Source: Eledone cirrhosa | Taxonomy: Eukaryota | Direction of reading: 5' to 3' | Assembly (NCBI GenBank): GCA_964016885.1 | Contig: OZ024742.1 | Span: 100,130,001-100,194,000, forward strand | DNA: 64,000 bases | In this document: positions 57,110-64,000 of the stretch, one piece after another | Layout of the letters: each line of letters opens with the position of its first letter | Position numbering within the stretch: position 1 is the stretch's first letter | The notes under the pieces: model-generated | What the model was told of the DNA's origin: nothing | Seen by the model: the letters and a program-made list of their open reading frames with translations, nothing else | Databases searched by the model: none | Translations under genes and position numbers: made by a program

Positions 57110-58745
57110 AAAGTAAATTTCACGACTTCAACTGGCCATAGGAGGATGTGGCAAGTTCCACGTCTCCAACTGACCATAGGAGCAAGAAGTGGTAAGTTTT
57201 ACGACTCCAACTGGCCATACAAAGAGGAAGTGGTAAGTTTTACAATTCCAACTGGCCATAGAAAGAGGAAGTGGTAAGTTTCACGACTCCGACTGGCCAT
57301 AGAAAGAGGAATTGGTAAGTTTTACGACTCCAACTGGCCATACAAAGAAGAAGCTTCACGACTCCAACTGGCCATACATAAGAAGAAGTTTCACGACTCC
57401 AATTGGCCATAAAAGGAGGAAGTGGTAAGTTTCACGACACCAATTGGCCATAGAAGGAGGAAATGAAAGTATCACGACTCCAACTGGCCAAAGAAGGAGG
57501 AAGTGGTAAGTTTCACGATTCCAATTGGCCCCAGAAGGAGGAAGTGGTAAGTTTCACGTCACCAACTGACTATAGGAGAAAGAAGTGGTAAGTTTTACGA
57601 CTCCAATTTGTCATAGAAGGAGGAAGTGGTAAGTTTTACGACTCCAACTGGGCATAGAAAGAGGAAGTGGTAAGTTTCACAACTCCAATTGGCCATAGAA
57701 GGAGGAAGTGGTAAGTTTTACGACTCCAACTGGCCATACAAAGAGGAAGTGGTAAATTTTACGACTCCAACTGACCATAGAAAGAGGAAGTGGTAAGTTT
57801 TACAACTCCAACTGGCCATACAAAGAGGAAGTGGTAAGTTTTACAACTCCAACTGGCCATAGAAAGAGGAAGTGGTAAGTTTCACGACTCCAACTGGCCA
57901 TAGAAAGAGGATTTGATAAGTTTAACGACTCCAACTGGCCATACAAAGAAGAAGCTTCACGACTCCAACTGGCCATACATAAAAGAAGTTTCACGACTCC
58001 AATTGGCCATAAAAGGAGGAAGTGGTAAGTTTCACGACTCCGATTGGCCAAAGAAGGAGGAAATGAAAGTATCACGACTCCAACTGGCCAAAGAAGGAGG
58101 AAATGAAAGTATCACGACTCCAACTGGCCAAAGAAGGAGGAAGTGGTAAGTTTCACGATTCCAATTGGCCCCAGAAGGAGGAAGTGGTAAGTTTCACGTC
58201 TCCAACTGACTATAGGAGGAAGAAGTGGTAAGTTTTACGACTCCGACTGGCCATAGAAAGAGAAAGTGCTAAGTTTCACGACTCCAACTGGCCATAGAAG
58301 GAGGAAGTGGTAAGTTTCACGACTCCAATTGGCTACAGAAGGAGGAAGTGGTAAGTTTCACGACTCCAATTGGCCATAGAAGGAGGAAATGGTAAGTTTC
58401 ACGACTCCAATTGGCCATAGAAAGAGGAAATAGTAAGTTTCATGATTCCAATTGGCCATAGAAGGAGGAAATGGTAAGTTTCATGACTCCAACTGCCCAT
58501 AGAAGGAAGTGGTAAGTTTCACGACTCCAACTGGCCATAGAAAGAGGAAATGGTAAGTTTCACGATTCCAATTGGCTACAGAAAGAGGAAGTGGTAAGTT
58601 TCACGACTCCAACTGGCCATAGAAGGATGATGTTGTAAATTTCACGACTCCAACTGACCACAGGAGGGTGATGTTCTAAATTCCACAACTCCAGCTGACC
58701 ATAGAATAACGTAGTGGTAAATTTCTTCAACCAGTTTGGCCATAC
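57110..58745. repeat. 41-bp tandem satellite (~40 units)
   Basis: Unit gaggaagtggtaagtttcacgactccaactggccatagaag (period 41 at 58301/58342). Confidence 0.93.
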
Positions 58746-58870
58746 CAAGACGGCGTTTCTAACTCCATACAATATAAAACAAAACACGTTAAATGGACAT
58801 TAGTGGACGACGCAGTACTGAATTCCTAAGGATAAACAATACATAAGCAAAGAAAATAAATATAATATAT

Positions 58871-59125
58871 AATAATTGTTTCTACTTTTGACACAAGTCC
58901 AGCAATTATCCCAGTGTATTACTGGTACTTTATTTTATCGACCCCGTAAGGATGAAAGACAAAGTTAACCTCGGCGGGATTTGAACAAATAATAACTGTT
59001 TCTACATTAGGCACAAGGCCAGAAATTTGAAGTGGGTGGGCAGGTCGAGTAAATCGATCCCAGTGCGTTTCTGGTACTTTATTTTATCGACCTCGTAAGG
59101 ATGAAAGGCAAAGCTGCCCTCAACG
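58871..59125 (-). mobile_element. Two 5'-truncated tRNA-SINE copies (short- and long-tail variants)
   Basis: Two tgtttctac..cacaag.ccag tails each followed by ctggtactttattttatcgacc.cgtaaggatgaaag. Confidence 0.8.
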
Positions 59126-59720
59126 ACTGGCTTAGGCCCAGATTAAGCGACATGAGCACGACCACTAGAATGTTTTTGTTTTGTTTTTTTCTGTTTTTGC
59201 TTATCTTTTTTTTTTCAGTCAATTATTTACCTCGGTGCAAATAGTACATTGTAAGAACATTGAGAAAATAAAAGAAAATACATTGGATTTGGGATTTTAC
59301 TTCTGTTACCCGAATTACATGCAAATTACATTGCTTACATCCTTACATTGCTTACTGTTATTTAGTGATAAATAAATGAAACTTCTCAAAGCAGAACAGG
59401 TTTTGTTTAATATCGTTGTGGTATTTGACCCGGGGGATAGGGAGGGCTTGGAAGATAAAGGGGATTTTTAATGTATAGTTACATATTCAGTGCTTATATC
59501 TTAATAATCTTGTCATTTAGACAATGGAAGGGTCAAGAGAAGGTGAGATCGTACTTTTTATTATATGTAATTTAGGGCAACAGTTGTCATAAATCGAGTC
59601 CAAGACCGGATGAAGATTAAATGTTTTGTCAAGCTGACATAGGAAGTATTTTCAGTTCTAGAAAAGTGACAGTATGAATGTGTGTGTGTATTTATCCGTG
59701 CGTATGTGCGTGTGTGTAAA

Positions 59721-59805
<85 letters not shown>

Positions 59806-60155
59806 TTCTCTCTCACACACACACACCTATATATATGTGTATGTTCTTGTATGCATGTGGGCATATATATATATGGCAACAGAGAGAGGGAGAGTGGGGG
59901 AGAAAGTTAGGGAGAGAGAGAGAGAGGTTGCTAAGGTCACCTTATCAATCAAATATTGCACGGAAACTATTTTGGAGTCAAGCACTTAAGACTGTTTTCT
60001 GTGACCTATAACCAGAAGTGGTTAAAAACGGGTCCCTGCACGTGTATGTACATACATACGTACATACATACATACAGATACAGACATATATATAGATATA
60101 TACATATATAGATAGATAGATAGATTATATGCATATATATAAATATATATGTATT

Positions 60156-60212
<57 letters not shown>

Positions 60213-60259
60213 CACATATATACACATATATATATATATGTATGTACGCATGTATATTT

Positions 60260-60355
<96 letters not shown>

Positions 60356-60371
60356 GTATGTATATTTATAC

Positions 60372-60403
<32 letters not shown>

Positions 60404-60407
60404 CAGA

Positions 60408-60489
<82 letters not shown>

Positions 60490-60754
60490 GATTAACACAT
60501 ATATATATATATAAAAGAAATAAAGATAAATAACTCATCCATATAGGATAGGGAACCTCCACCTGGGTACAATCCGAGCATTCTCCGACCCCGACCACTT
60601 TCTGATCCGGGTAATTCAACCTGGTATTTAAGTTCCTATGAAGGTCTTTGATGTCACATAAGGCGAAGAGTGCTCCACGTGTCAGTTTGGCAACACAGCT
60701 TGAAATGTGTATAGATTATTGCTGACGTTTTTATCAGTAATCTATCATTTAAGA

Positions 60755-60868
60755 CAAGGAATGGCAGAGTCGTTAGGACGTCGGATAGTATGCATTGTGG
60801 TATTTGTTACAGCTTTACTGAGTTCAAATTTCGCCGAGGTTAAATTTTCTTTTTATCCTTTCGAGGTT
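60755..60868 (+). mobile_element. Degenerate tRNA-SINE head
   Basis: tggcagagtcgttag A box, gagttcaaatttcgccgaggtt B box. Confidence 0.6.
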
Positions 60869-62399
60869 CAATTCTGGAGACGATCCTCAACTATATTGCT
60901 TTCTTACTTTTCCCTCACTCTCTATATGTATCTATTTCACTGAAAGAAATCGTATTTATTCCAAACTGGAGAAGAATAAACTCTACCAAGTTTGAATGTC
61001 TAAGGTAGGGCGCATGTCATGACCGTGACTCTACGTCTGTATAAGTAGTTAAAGGCCCATCATTTATGTGCTGTCTGAATTTGTAGCCTATTCATTTCTC
61101 AAACCTGCAACGGTGTGTCTTTCGTCCACAATCTGGTTATTTAGGAGATATATCAGGTTATGCCGGTAAAGCTACATGGTTTTATGTTTAAGGTACTCGG
61201 CTGACGATCCTAATATCGCAATTTCGATTCCCTGCTTCCTGTTGTGAACTTCAGCAAGACGTTTAACGCTGCTCCAGTCCACTCAAGTGGAAAAATTGAT
61301 TTATACTTCTACTTCCAAGAGCCAGCCTTATCCCACATCGTTTCACTCTGAATTTAGTGGTGTAGTTAATGTTGGTGTTTTTGTCAGCCTTGTGGGCTTT
61401 ATTTTCCTTCTTCCCCCTTTTTACGTGGGAACCGTTTCACCACTTTTCTTCTTTTTTTTGGGGGGGGGGGGGGGGGGGGCTTCTTCTTTTCTTTGGAAAG
61501 ACTGCACGTCTCATTTTGATTTCATTTGCCACACGGCGTCGGAGCGATCCGAAGCAGGGAGAGGTATGTCTTGAGTTGATGAGTTGTGTTTGGGTTATTC
61601 TGTTAATAATGTTAACGATGTAATTATATTTTTTGTTGTTGCTGCGGCTGTTAGTGTTGTTGATGTTGAGGTTCTTCTAGTTGTTGCTGCTGCAACTCTT
61701 CTCCTTGTTCTTGTTCTTGTTGATAGTGATGCTGCAAATATTGGTGGCACTGCTGCTGTAGTTGTTCCCATTGTCATTGCTCTTGCTACTGATGCTGTAG
61801 TTATTGTTGTTGGGGGCCTATTATGGAAATAGAAGATGTTAGACCGGTTTTTTTGTTGGCGGGAAAATATCAAGAAGTTGGCCTCATCACATAAGTGGCT
61901 TGCTGGTTTTCCGTGCCCCCAACAGCAACACACAACTCCACTCCATTCAGCAGGTGAATTGGGTCTGGTTCTTTTCAAGATGTTCCGGTGATTCCCGACC
62001 AATTCTTCTACAAAATTTTCTTTACGTTCAGGAAATACTCACTTTCCTCCACTCCAAAGCAAGACAGGATCCAGTAGATGTCAAGTTCCGTTGGGATATC
62101 CAAACTACTGATCTTTACTGTTCTCCTTAAATACGAGGAAAAGAGTAAGTATTTATTGTTGCGACATTGCCGTTTTAGATTATACCTCCACATCCCCGAA
62201 CTCCTTTTCTCTGGTCACGTATTCTACGTGGAGACATGTTTTATTGTGGTGAAGGCAATCTATCTAGGAGAACGAAAACTCAAAATTCAAACCATGTGAA
62301 ATAAAAATATCAGCTTGGTGTCTGATGCGACATAAATAATCTCATATACTTTATAGACTAGTATGCAATTCTAGTTAGAAATAGCGCCTCAATAAAATA

Positions 62400-63680
62400 T
62401 ACTTGTAGGAAAGAAAACCCTCACAAACCACTCTTAACGAATAATGAAATAGTGAATGAGGCTGGAACTAATTATGGTGAAAGTCTGTCATCTGGCATGT
62501 TTGGAACCCTCCTTTATCGTGGAAGTGATCTGACCACAGAAAATCTTTCAAGCAACAAATCTCACACAAACTTTGCGCGCAGCTAGACACAAGTGTGTGA
62601 AGGAAGAATACATTGAATGTGATGAAAGAGCAAATCTGGGAAAAGTCGTGGAATAGAACGACGTCCTTTGGACATATGGATGGAAAAAGGCATGATCTCG
62701 ATGTCAGAAAGTAAACCGATAAATCAAGAGTTGCTTAATTGAGGCAGAAATATCTTGAACGCTTAAGGGAACCTACAGACGAACAAGTGAGGATAAGGTA
62801 GAAACTGAAGCCTTTTCTACGATTAAAAGCAAAGAGGAAAATAGGCAAGAGGAACAGAAAAATTATGTTATGTTTATTGGGGATATGGAGGAGGATGATC
62901 TAAGTTTAAACGATAAGGTTACTAAGAATGATGCTGCAAGATTAAGTTACAAAAAAAGATACATATTGTCATAACATATATCCAGACATAATGCAAACAA
63001 GGAATGTTTTCCGAATAATTGTACTTCTTTTCGAGAAGAAATTGCAACGGACAAGAATTAAAGAGAGGAAAGCAAAAAACCATGGTGGAAATGACGCATT
63101 GAAAATGACATAATGCGGTCAAAGCAAGATTTGAGTAAAATTGAACTATGATTTAAAGGAAATTGGAAAAATGGGAAAAGAATCACCGAGAAGTACTAGA
63201 TAAGAAATATAAACTACGGAAGAATAGATTTTTTACAGTAATGGAACAGTTAAACAGGATTCTATCAAGAAGCCAGAAGATATGTGAAATGAAATAGGCC
63301 GGATATGTAGCAGTGGCATTGACATAGAATTATGTATTTCGAAATACTCTGTAAGAGTAAAACAGCAGTTCTAAGCTCAGGCTGCCAATTCGGTGAAGTA
63401 TAACATCAACAAAAATTCTGACATCCAGAAATGCAGATTCTGTGAAAAGAATATTGAAAATGTAATCAACTTGGTAAGTGTATGTGAGAGTCTTGTGCAA
63501 AAGTAATACAAGCGCCGTTATGATAAAGTCTGATGTACCTTCATTGGTGTTTGTGTGGTGATTGGGGCATTATAGTCAATCTCATTAAAACTTAAAACTT
63601 CTGAAAGTGGTTGGGTATACCATGCAAAATTCGTGCCATGCAAGGTGCTCTGCACATTTTAAAGAAGGTATTATCTCTTT
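62400..63680 (+). mobile_element. Degenerate, internally deleted R4/Dong-like LINE
   Basis: DIWMEKGMISMSE; PWWK*RIENDIMRSKQDLSKIE; CRFCEKNIENVINLVSVCESLVQK*YKRRYDKV (CCHC relic); GALHILKKVLSL* terminus; no RT core seen. Confidence 0.7.
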
Positions 63681-63761
63681 GATATCCTTATTTTGACTTG
63701 ACAGATGACTAAATATTCCAGTGTATTAATAATCAACACAATTATAATAATAACAATAATA

Positions 63762-64000
63762 TATTATAGTCAAAGACAACAAGGAAAAATGCCTTCTAAT
63801 AGATGTATCACTCTACACAGGCGACAATATATCTTCCATGGAAATGGAGAAACTCTCCAAATATAAAGATCTAGAGATAGAAACTACTTGAATGTGGAAA
63901 ATGAAAACTGAAACGATACTTCTAATATGTGGTCTGGGAATGATAAAAAAAAAAAACACAGACAAATACATAACAAAAACGACAGGACTTACAAATATAT
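63762..64000 (+). mobile_element. R4/Dong-like RLE fragment after (TAA)n, runs off the window
   Basis: IIVKDNKEKCLLIDVSLYTGDNISSMEMEKLSKYKDLEIETT*MWKMKTETI. Confidence 0.8.

Noticed and set aside
57110-58745. CRISPR-like regular repeat
   Set aside because: Units are contiguous with no unique spacers, no cas genes, eukaryotic context

Overview
Repeat-saturated, AT-rich animal genomic DNA, probably intronic or intergenic. The SINE families and microsatellite load suggest a coleoid cephalopod such as Octopus; this is an inference. No host gene can be confidently called, and nearly all ORFs in the supplied track are translations of microsatellites. The real content is mobile DNA. The largest piece is a near full-length, inactivated Tx1/L1-clade LINE (6435-12128) with a 10-bp TSD, inserted in a minisatellite. 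There are also CRE, RTE and R4/Dong LINE fragments, two Penelope-like (GIY-YIG) fragments, a Helitron cluster, many tRNA-derived SINEs, a 41-bp satellite with higher-order structure, and many palindromes. The most interesting signals are four. (1) A dense set of hammerhead-ribozyme motifs, one intact-looking at 13319-13392, carried by small non-coding elements with direct or inverted terminal repeats beside (TA)n tracts (retrozyme/Penelope-like). (2) A 39-nt GT-AG intron-like spacer that would fuse LINE ORF1 to ORF2 in frame. (3) A bipartite RTE-derived element and an R4/Dong copy sharing a (CATA)n target. (4) Head-to-tail and inverted Helitron architecture. All alignments and folds were done by eye; no database search was run.
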